Source: Octopus sinensis (Eukaryota). Taken from it: DNA of 64,000 nucleotides. The stretch is from contig NC_042998.1 in the NCBI RefSeq assembly GCF_006345805.1, positions 126,232,001 to 126,296,000 of the forward strand, given 5' to 3'. Made by a program: the position numbers and the translations under genes. Positions 40,082-50,651 of this stretch are shown piece after piece. The notes below the pieces were generated by a model that saw only the letters and a program-made list of their open reading frames with translations, was not told the DNA's origin and made no database searches. Every line of letters begins with the position of its first letter. The first letter of the stretch is position 1.

Positions 40082-40280
40082 AAATTTTTTGTGTAATGAG
40101 ATAAAAAAACAAGGCTGTATAGATATTAGAACATTTATAGATAGAAGGTCTCACAGCTGTTTCTAGGATATTATAGGAATATTATTAATTAATATCCTAG
40201 AAACAGCTGTAAGACCTTCTATCTATAAATGCTCTAATATCTATACAGCCTTGGTGTTTTATCTCATTATGCAAAAAATT
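40082..40280. repeat. ~200-bp palindrome (arms ~92 bp, 16-bp AT spacer)
   Basis: Arms 40082-40173 and 40190-40280 are reverse complements with few mismatches (e.g. gatagaaggtct / agaccttctatc, aggctgtatagatattaga / tctaatatctatacagcct). Confidence 0.9.
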
Positions 40281-40426
40281 CATATATATAGATATACATA
40301 CATATACACATTTAGACATGTATACATACACACGTAAATGTTCTGATGTTTGCTTGTTTGTCTGGAAACAGCTGTACAAATTCTCAATGAGTTTTCACAA
40401 AAATTTGCATACGTTTTTTTTTAATG

Positions 40427-40972
40427 TTTCATTCATTAGATTGCGGCCATGCTGGGGCACCACTTTGACCCTTTAGCATTCAGATTACTCTGTTAAATGC
40501 AATGCTTTTTGAAGTGATCATGCACAATCTCATAGATTAGAGATTTTGATGATGTAATTGTTTATTTTTAGAATAACATTATAGGGAGTGCATGAGAGGC
40601 CAAACCTGGCTAGGTTAAAGGTAAAACTGGTAGAATATTTTGGTTACATATGGCCAGTTTAAATACTAAAGGGTTAAAGAACTTTTAGTTGAATGAAACA
40701 ACTCCAGGATTTTCTTTTTTTAAGCTTGGTACTTATTCTATCACTCTCTTTTTGCCAAACTGCTAAGTTAAAGTTGCCAAGTGGTGGTGGTGGACAAACA
40801 CACACACACACACACAACAGGCTTCTTTCAGTTTCTTTCTACGAAATCCACTCATAAGGATTTGGTTGGCCTGAGGCTATAGGAGAAGACACTTGCCTAA
40901 GGTGTCACACAATAGGATTGGACCTAGAACTAAGTGGTTGGGAGGTAAGCTTATTACCACACAGCCATGTCC
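40427..40972 (-). mobile_element. Family A SINE with the alternative 3' half (ccagcatggccgca...tgaatgaaac), interrupted by a piggyBac MITE
   Basis: Aligns by eye with 63283-63655 once 40469-40673 is removed. Confidence 0.75.
40469..40673. mobile_element. piggyBac-type MITE, 205 bp
   Basis: TIRs ccctttagcatt / aatactaaaggg (1 mismatch), flanked by TTGA (40465-40468) and TTAA (40674-40677). Confidence 0.8.
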
Positions 40973-41119
40973 GTTCCTTCATAAAGACAGACGAAATGCC
41001 ACTAAGCATTTTGCCTGGTATGCTAACAATTCTATCAGTCAAAATAATTTCAGAATAATGCATGATGGAATAAAATGGAGTCGAAGGTTTCCCTGGGGCA
41101 ATATCTGTACATTTTGTAA

Positions 41120-41330
41120 GGCGGTGAGCTGGCAGAAATGTTAGCACGCCAAGCAAAATGCTTAGCGGTATTTCATCTGTCTTTATGTTCTGAGTTCAAA
41201 TTTTGCCAAGGTTGACTTTATCTTTCATCCTTTCGGGGTCGATAAATTAAGTACAAGTTGTGTACGGGGTCGATCTAATCGACTGGACCCCTCCCCAAAA
41301 ATTTCGGGCCTTGTACCTAGAGTAGAAACG
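41120..41330 (+). mobile_element. Relatively young tRNA-derived SINE (family B) with a 20-bp TSD
   Basis: Perfect direct repeat aatatctgtacattttgtaa at 41100-41119 and 41331-41350. Head ggcggtgagctggcagaaatgttagcac, B-box-like gagttcaaatt, core ctttcatcctttcggggtcgataaattaagtac (from recall similar to the Meta/MESC SINE core; unverified). Confidence 0.9.
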
Positions 41331-41603
41331 AATATCTGTACATTTTGTAATGTGCATGCTCAACTGGACACAGATACACACACACACAGAGTGATATACA
41401 CCTTTGTGTTTGGCATACAGTTACCATGACAACAACATTTGATAGTCATTATTGTATAGAAACAATCTTTTGTTTTGGCTTTTATTTTGTTTTCAATGAA
41501 CATGTCATTATAAGATTGTTCTTCTAACATTGAAAACAGAAGTCTAAAAACTGTCAAGTCATCCAACTTATGTAGGCATGGATATAAAGATGATGATAGA
41601 TCA

Positions 41604-41756
41604 GATGCAGGCATGGCTATGTAATTGCATAGTTTGCTTCACAGCCATATTGCTTTAGGTTCCATCCCAGTTAGCAGCACTTGGGGGTTAGGCAAGTTTC
41701 TTCAGCTATAGGCTGAACAATACCTTGTGAATGAAATTCAGCAGATTAAAACTGAG
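41604..41756 (+). mobile_element. Decayed family A SINE head
   Basis: gatgcaggcatggctatg...ggttccatccc...ggcaagtttcttcagctatagg. Confidence 0.55.
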
Positions 41757-42594
41757 AGAGAGAGAGAGACAGAGAGAGTGTGTGTGTGTATGTATGTGTG
41801 TGTGTATGCATATATCTGTGTGCGTAAATATATAGAGATATATAACACATACACACACAAAATCATTTGAAGAATGCAGGAATTATACACAAGCTACTTC
41901 AAGTTTCATGTAACTGAATGGGCTTGTATAACATATTATGCAAAATCTGATAACTGTTCAGGATTAAATGTCATGACTTTTCCATGAGGAAATGTGAGGG
42001 AAAAAAAAAGACATTAAAGGAAAGAGGGATAATTAAAATTATCATTAGTGTTGAATGATTACATCTAAAAAAAAATCTATGCCAAGTGAAAGTAGTCAAA
42101 TAGGGGAAAGGTAATAGTATGTTAAACTGCATGTCTAATCAGATTAGGAAGGGGGCATTTTATATACATGTGCCTGAATACATCCCTTGTAAACGATATA
42201 TCCCATTACTGAGTGATTTAGTTAACTTCAAAACTAGGGAGTAAAATGTATTTCACTTGAAAGGCAAGCATTGGTGACAGGAAGAGCATCTATCTACAAA
42301 CTACAGCCTTATTCAATCCATGTAAGCATTGAAAAAGTGGACATAGAAATGATAATGATGCACATACACAAGTTTGTGAGTGTGTGTGCGTGTGTACAAG
42401 GACAGGTAGGATATCAAGATTAAATGGATTTATCAGCATAAAGAGAAAAATGACTAACATAAGCAGTGTAGCAAAGAAGTCAACATACATGGCAACATGG
42501 CTGTTGGTTGAGGAAAGATAGCATTTCTTTATGTAGACTGTCATTGACAAGAAAGTCATACAAGTTTACATGATGTTCTATTCACATGCAAGCT

Positions 42595-43430
42595 ATCATC
42601 ATCATTGTTAAATATCCACTCTCCATGCTGGCATGGATTAGACGAATTGACAGTAGAAGGCTGCACAAGATTTCTGTATGTTTTGGCACAGTTTTTATGG
42701 CTGGATGCCCTTCCTAACATCAACCACCCTCCAGAATGGACTGAGAGCTTTTATGTGTCACAAGCACAGGTGAGGTCAGTTTAGCATGGTTTTTACAACT
42801 GGATGCCCTTCCAGATGCTAACCACTTTACAGTGTAGACTGGATGCTTTTTACATGGCACCAGCACTAGAAGGGTTACCAAGTAACTTGCAAGACAAAGA
42901 TCCTTTGAGAGAAGCAGGGGCATTGGAGGAGGTGATCTTGTGTCAGATGATGAAAGGTTAGAGTGTGACAGAGAGACAGAAACAGGTGTCTAGCTGTACA
43001 AGAGGTATATGGATAACCGGCGAAAGAGAGAGAGAGCATTGCTGGAGCATTAAAGCAGTAACAGATCATGCTCAGTATGAGCAGAATTAACATAATGCAT
43101 TATATGGTTTTCAATAATGCAGATGGCAGGCAAAAATGCAAAAGAACAAGCAGAAGGCAGTAAAGATCAGTCTTCTCAACAAGGTCTGGTAGAAGCACTT
43201 GTTTTCCTAAGTCATACTGCAATCATGAAACAATGGCCAAGTTTGATGGTATGGTCTGGATTGACAAAGTGTCTATGTTTTTGAGTTCACTGTGCTACTT
43301 GAAGGCTATGTGGAGTGGTTCTGTGAAAGGAAGCATCTGAAATATGAAGGAGTTACAGAGTGGGTGAGGCATAAGGATGGTAGCGTACATTACTTCAAAT
43401 GACAATGGGATTTTAGTTACAGGTCACCAT
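42595..43430 (-). mobile_element. Family C composite: Penelope-like endonuclease relic, pyrimidine tract and shared (GAT)n tail
   Basis: Minus-strand RHFVNPDHTIKLG (~43235-43280) and RRLIF (~43110), CT-rich tract, ggatctttgtcttgcaagttacttgg...agtgctggtgccatgtaaaaagc, then a tail ending at ~42597. Confidence 0.6.
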
Positions 43431-44079
43431 TAGAGAAAATGATGTTGTTTGAAGGAACCAGAATAGTTGTGACTTAGAGCACAGAGCTGATGAAGAAAAT
43501 ATCTTTAACTCAAACTATATGTAGAATAAATAAAAAGAGATGTGACTGTGTTCCAGTTTTATGCTTTTTTTATAACAGATTTTTCATCTTCTGCATCAGT
43601 TTCTTACAGTTAGTTTCAAGAAAGAGATACAATATAGTTGTATCTTTAATGAAACGTATTGAAAACAATAGTTAATTCCCATATATATATATATATATAA
43701 ATCTGTCTCTTTGTCTTTCTATCCACACACACACTCTCTCTCCCTCTCTCACTTTCGGTTTTAGTCACAAACTGTGGTCATGCTGAGGTACTGACTTGGA
43801 GGGGAGTTTCAGTAAATGAAATCAATCCCAATACTTATTTTTCTCTCTCTAAGTGTTGAAATGCTAAATAATGGGTGCATAAACAAAGCAACACAAATTA
43901 TCAAATGCAGTTAACACACACACACACATACGCATACAAATCTATATATACATACACACACAGACATTAATTATTATTATTTAAAATAGTTTAATTTGGC
44001 CCCAAGCAACTTTAAAAAAAAAGCTTCATAGGCTCTTTACAGGAACCTAGCCTGTCGGGCTGAGGTAGCTGAATCGTCA

Positions 44080-44432
44080 TTTAACATCCAAATTTTTCAT
44101 ACTTGCATGGGTCACATAGAATTTGTTGAGGTAGATTTTCTACAGTTGTCACCAACCCTCACTTGCCGCCAAGCAAGATAGCCTTTTCCCATTGCTAAAC
44201 ATGTTTTTCACAGAAGACTGGATATGAACAACCTTGTTTGTGTGATGACATATCTAGATAAAGACACACACACACACAACAAGCTTCTTTCAGTTTCCAA
44301 TTACCAAATCCGCTCACAAGGCCTGGGTTGGCCTGGGCTATAGCAGAAGACACTTGTCCAAAGAGCCACATAGTAAGAATGAACCAAAACCAAATGGCTG
44401 GGAAGCAAGCCTCTCAAACACATAGCTACACC
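44080..44432 (-). mobile_element. Family A SINE with RTE-like tail
   Basis: tcgtcatttaacatcc...cttgcatgggtc at the left; ctatagcagaagacacttgtcc...acacatagctacacc at the right. Confidence 0.7.
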
Positions 44433-45253
44433 CGTGTCTTAGTGATTATTAACCAATCAATGTGATTACAAACATACAAACAGTACATCTGATGGTGGAT
44501 TTTTACATCTGAAACAGTATAGGACACAGCTAAACGATAAGAACTTATTCAGCAGCAAGGCTCAATCTAGAGTTATTCATTAGTTAAGTTGATAATCTTT
44601 TGTACACATATGTAAATTTAGCTTTCCCAACATTTGTATGCATTTGTTTATATCCAAAAGATAAGCTTTACCTGATCTTTCTTACACAAACATTTATTTG
44701 CAATAGTTGAAGTCTTTCATATAGCAATCAAATACATGTGCAATAATCTTCTTAAATGAATTGTTACTTGAATGCTATAATATCTGCTATATTTTATGAG
44801 CATTAATGATATGTCAAATTGGAGTAGTGCTATTTGTGGGATATATAAAAAAAACAACAACATTAGTTGATAATTTAATCATTTTATAGAAATGCTCCCC
44901 ACTCCTGAAAAAAAATTATTAAAAAAAAAACCAAAAGAAAACCTAGACAATTATTCAAAAATAGTTATATTAATAGCAAAATATAAAGCAAAACTTGTGA
45001 CACAGATAGCACATCCTTGTAACAAACCAATTCTAGATGCCCCAGGACACTATTTCATGAATTGGTCAATTTAATATATCAACAGGCTGAAGATTTAAAG
45101 TCTGCTGATAATGAATGAAAAACAGACACAACAGTGTTCTCATTATTCTCGCCAGATTAAAACTGTGCAATAGCAACCACCACAACCACACGTGTGTGTG
45201 TGTGTGTGTGTATTATTTTATTGGGTTTGGCTTGAGAGCTGTGAAACAGCCAA

Positions 45254-45288
<35 letters not shown>

Positions 45289-46104
45289 ATTATATTTAAA
45301 ATGATTGCGTATACTCAGATGTGGAAAGACTTGTATTGTGGAAATGTGGAAATTGTTCTGCCATATAGAGAATTTTCACAGTGAAGATTTTTCCATATCT
45401 GAGTGTATATGAATATGTTAAATATAATTGTACACAAAATTTAGGTCAATGCTGCTTTGAGCAACTCAAAGTAAGATGCATGCATGCGCACGCACTCACA
45501 CGCGCACACACACACACACACACACAAAATAAATATGGTTCTTAAATACTATCAGACTGAGGCAATTTATTGTTCTCAAAGGAACAGTAAATATTCAGCT
45601 TTATATGTTCAAAAGAAAAAATTTTACACATATTTGCACTCAAAAAATCTAAGAAAATGTTACACAGAAAACTGTAAAGAAATATCATAATTGATCTTAA
45701 TACATTATACACACATGAACATGGGTAGAATACAACTATTCAAACATTATAAAGAGATGTCTTTGGAAAAACATGTACATGAGTGTCTTACAAAACAAAA
45801 TGTATATTTATAGATTCAAGTTTGATTGTTGCAAAATATGCATGTGTACATATGTGTACACACACATATATGCATATGTATACTTTTACAAACAGACTGT
45901 TGCATAAACTGAAATCAATTTTGCACCGATATGTATTGCAATGTTCAGCCTGTAAGCAAATACTACAATGATACTGAAGGAAATGCAAAACACCAAAACT
46001 ATTGAACCAAAGAGAGACAAAGAAAAACCAAATGATCTATTACAGATCTCAGACAGAGTGTGAAACCTGTTTATTAAGAAACTTATCATCAAGTTCATTA
46101 AATA

Positions 46105-46240
46105 TCATCATCATCATCATTTAATGTGTTTTCCATGCTGGCATAGGTTGGATGGTTTGAGAGGGGCTGGCCAAATGGAGAGCTGCATCAGGCTCCAATT
46201 GTCTATTTTGGCATGGTTTCTATGACTGCATACTTTTCCT
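46105..46240 (-). mobile_element. Truncated shared retroposon tail
   Basis: (atc)n ttaatgtgttttccatgctggcataggttggatggtttg. Confidence 0.6.
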
Positions 46241-46254
46241 TACACATAAGTCCT

Positions 46255-46763
46255 GAGGACAGCTGATATCTTGAGTATTGAGGCAATGGTGCACAAGCAC
46301 CAGTTATATTGGACTGGACCCTTATTAGAATGAAGGATAGTAGGATCCCTAAGCAGATGCTATATGGGGAACTTGTGAATGGAAAAAGACCCCGGCAGAA
46401 ACCAAGGATGTGATTTAAGGACTGTGTCAAGTCCTCATTATATGCAGGAGACTGACTAGGAGAGCAATGCTTGTCATTACCACAGATGGAGGATGCAGGT
46501 TAAGGAGGGGTGGTCAACACTTTTGAGAGAGCACATATTCTGCATGAGGAACTTAAGTGTGCTGCTCGAAAGTGCACTGCTGGTGTAGTGAATGGGGAAA
46601 ACTTTGGTAAGCATTGGTTTGTAATGTTTGTAGTTGTGTATGCTTGTCAAGAGCAGGGCTCATAAGCCACCAACGGAACTGCAAATGCAAATTATTAGTT
46701 AGTCCTAGAGCACACAATGTTCCTGAAGGTCAGCAATGGTCTTCCTCGGTCACGAGTGGATGA

Positions 46764-46768
<5 letters not shown>
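46255..46768 (+). mobile_element. 5'-truncated RTE-1/BovB-like LINE, C-terminal end
   Basis: SIEAMVHKHQLYWTG...IRMKDSRIPKQMLYGELVNGKRPRQKP, then a C2H2-like CNVCSCVCLSRAGLISHQR; ends in (TA)n. Confidence 0.85.

Positions 46769-46800
<32 letters not shown>
46769..46800. repeat. (TA)n tail of the BovB-like LINE and target of the RTE insertion
   Basis: Direct reading. Confidence 0.9.
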
Positions 46801-46803
<3 letters not shown>

Positions 46804-47598
46804 GCGAGAATGGATGAAGATAGGCGTGTGAGAAAGTGCCAATCCCTAGCAGTTGAGGGAACCCGTGGAAGAGGTAGACCCAGGAAAACCTGGGACGAGG
46901 TGGTGAAGCACGACCTTCGAACATTAGGTCTCACCATGGAAATGACCAGAGACCGAGACCTATGGAAGTATGCTGTGCGTGAGAAGACCCGGCAAGACTA
47001 GTGAAGCCATAACCCGTGGCCCCTACCTGGGACGTAGTCAGTCCGCCTGTGCATACCTTCCTGCTTGTGACACTTGTGAAGACCTGTTGAGGCAAGTCAA
47101 ATCAAAGTCAAATCGAATCAAGTCAAACCAAATCAAAATAGATGAACATCAATGGAATTTGTATCCTTGTGGTACCAGTGCCGGTGGCACATAAGAAAAC
47201 CATCCGAACGGGACCGTAGCCAGTACCGCATCGACTGGCCTCCGTGCTGTGGGCACGTAACAAACACCGTCCGAGCGTGGCCGTCTGCCAGCCTCGTCTG
47301 GCACCTGTGTCGGTGGCACATAATAACACCATCCGAGCGTGGCCGTCTGGCACCTGTGTCGGTGGCACATAAAAACACCATCCGAGCGTGGCCGTTCGCC
47401 AGCCTCGTCTGGCACCTGTGTCGGTGGCACATAAAATCACCCACTACACTCTCGGAGTGGTTGGCGTTAGGAAGGGCATCCAGCTGTAGAAACACTGCCA
47501 GATCTGACTGGCCTGGTGCAGCCTTCGGGCTCCCCAGACCCCAGTTGAACCGTCCAACCCATGCTAGCATGGAAAGTGGACGTTAAACGATGATGATG
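46801..47598 (+). mobile_element. Young 5'-truncated RTE LINE with full 3'UTR, inserted in a (TA)n tract
   Basis: Uninterrupted frame VARMDEDRRVRKCQSLAVEGTRGRGRPRKTWDEVVKHDLRTLGLTMEMTRDRDLWKYAVREKTRQD* (46801-47001). CpG-rich 3'UTR with internal repeats, a (GAT)n tail, and (TA)n on both sides. Confidence 0.9.
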
Positions 47599-47804
47599 AT
47601 GATGATATATATATATAAATGCATTTATAATGGTGAAAAAGGCCTCACAGAGGAGATGACAAAGAACCAATGCTTCTGGCAGTTTGCTGTGCTTGAGAAA
47701 ACAAGTCAAGCTGAGTATATTTATTGCTGTTCATGCATACAGGTATGTCCTCTACATCCCTCTCTCAGCCAAGAAATCATTGTCTTGTGGGCTTATGGGT
47801 GCTG

Positions 47805-48085
47805 GTGTTACATAAAAGTGTCCATACTGGTGCCATGTAAAAGCACCTATGCTGATGTCAGGTAAAAGCACCCAAGCCAGTGCCACATAAAAGCGACCAT
47901 GCTGGTGCCATGCAAAAGTGCTCATTACACTCTGTAAAGTAGTTGGCATTAGGAAGGGCATCCAGCAATAGAAACCATGTCAAAACAGACAAATGGAACC
48001 CAGGCTGTTCTCTAGCTGGTCAGCTTCTGTCAAACCATCCAACTCATGCCAGCATGGAGGACGGACATTAAATAAGGATGATGAT
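47805..48085 (+). repeat. 5 x 25-bp tandem array of gtgccacgtaaaagcac-type units followed by the shared retroposon tail
   Basis: Units start at 47805, 47830, 47855, 47880 and 47905; tail ends aaataaggatgatgat. Confidence 0.75.
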
Positions 48086-48104
48086 TTAAGTATGTGTGCA
48101 TGTA

Positions 48105-48138
<34 letters not shown>

Positions 48139-48627
48139 AAACTTAATCTATAACTCACATTCATAACTGAAATGAAAATTACTTTAATACCAGGTCACTG
48201 AAGTGTCTTTCAGGCAAGTTACTAATGCTCCAAGTGTCTTATCTTGGCTAAATAATTAATTTTCATAATCAATAAGGCTTAATTAAATATTCTCAGACAG
48301 TTTGATAAATCTGATGATAGATTCAAATTAAACATTTCCATGCATAAAAACCATAAAAATTATAATAAAACCATCACCAGCCAAATTTTCTCTTGTCAAA
48401 AACAACTGCAGTGTGCTTTAGAAATTTCCCCATAAAACATATCAAAAGGCAAAGAGTAAAGCAAAGAGATATATAAAAGAGAAAATTTAAGGCACATAAA
48501 AAGGTTTCCCTTTCTGAAATTGGAAAAAAAAATGCATATGGAAGAGAGATATAAATTAAGAAGGGAAGAAATTGGATATGAAATACCATGAAGCATTATC
48601 ATTTCAAGTCTTGAGTCCAAGACTTAC

Positions 48628-48669
48628 CTGATGGACTTGTGTCTGTGTCAGTGCTGAGCAAATCAATAA
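48628..48669 (-). CDS. CCDC149: Candidate 42-nt CCDC149 microexon (phase 1-1)
   Basis: Pyrimidine tract plus attag acceptor and a strong gtaagt donor. (V)IDLLSTDTDTSPS keeps the frame. No homology support. Confidence 0.6.
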
Positions 48670-50333
48670 CTAATTGTAAGGTAAATAAAACGGTAAGTTA
48701 AACAAAATGGCCCACAATATAAAAAAGAAGATGATAAAAAAAATTGATGATTCAAATAGTTTGGTAGACCTGGTCAAACAAAATGGTGGTCATTATTTTA
48801 AATAAAATATAAGACAATATCAGATGAAATGTTTGCCCAATTGAAATTCATTAGTTGATCTGAAGGAAGAAGCTGTTCATAGACTTCATCATAGATACAA
48901 CCCCCGAAGTAGAGATGTCCCCTCTGTACTAGAACTACATTAGACAATAATATATCAGATGACATAGGAGAAAATGCAAGATTGTGTCAAACAATAATAA
49001 ACTCAAACAAAATATATCAGAAGAAAAAGCTAACTTCAAAGATATTGAGCTTCTACAATTATGATGAAAGTGTTTAATGAAGTTTTTAAAGTTTTTCATT
49101 AGGTTAGAAGATTGTTTTTTGCTTTTTTATTACTATTTGTTTGGAATTTTAAAAATGATGGTCATCAAGATATCCCAGTGTTCTTATGGGCCTGTGGTCT
49201 GCTGCTGGTTAGCATATACCCAAGGGAAGCAACTGGACTGATATGGATTTAGGACTCATAACAATGATACAAAGAGCAAAAAGTTGCAGGATGACGCTAT
49301 TGGTTATACTAAGTAATCATACATGGCAGGGGGTAAATAAATTTGACCCTAGTAAGTTGTCTAATTAGAATACATTAAAATACATCAAAAGATAATATAC
49401 TGTAGATCAGTCAAAAAAAGCTGATATGAAAAGAATTGACTTTGATGACAACAAGGATAAGAAAGAAGCTAAGAGATTTGTACAAAGTTAAAACAGTACT
49501 AGCACATGATGTTAGCAGAGAGTTGTTAGTGCAGAGGTCATGATGGTCTGGATATATGAAGACAAAAGATGTAAACTAGCATGTAAGTTGGTCATGTTAG
49601 TCTGGACATGTGATCAAAGTAGATGGCAGACTAATTTAATGATGATAACAGTCAGTAAAAAAGTGCTATGACATGCTTTTAACAATAGCCAGAGAAGAGT
49701 TTGATCAAGTTGTTATCTATCATTACAATTGCTGAATAAACAATAACATTTATAGAGCACTACAATTGAACATCAGGAAGGCTGGGTAGCAGTTATGTGA
49801 AAACATTGTAATGCTAATTTTAATAAACAAAAATATTTTAGGAATAATGTAGCGAGCATCTATGAAATTCAAGACTGTCTATGTATGTATATGGACATGT
49901 GTCTCTGTTTATATTGTCATACATAATCTTGTTATCATAATGATTGTAGTCTCTCAATATCTGTTCTGTTGTTGTAACTAGCTTCAGGTAAATCATTATT
50001 AAGCAGACTTATGTTTAGAGACATTCCAGCCATGATCATACCATTTATTTTCAAGCAGAGGATTACATTAACCAATGTGTCCTTCCTTTTTACAAGATGG
50101 TGAAGTGTGATTTGATAGAGATTTGGCCACTTTTCTGGCATACTGAATGACCAAACAGAAGATTTTTCATTGGCTTCACCATATTCATTACCGTATAATA
50201 TGTATGTTATTGTATGCCATTATTGCTAATTAAACATTCCGATTTTTATCTTCTGATTTTTTGTTTCTCAAATCTAGTAGAACAATAAAAAAGAAAACAA
50301 TTTTCCTTTTTATAGTATCTGAATTATTTCCTA

Positions 50334-50651
<318 letters not shown>

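Noticed and set aside
44031-44047. ggctctttacaggaacc resembling the histone 3' stem-loop
   Set aside because: The stem does not pair properly, no histone ORF lies upstream, and it is intronic.
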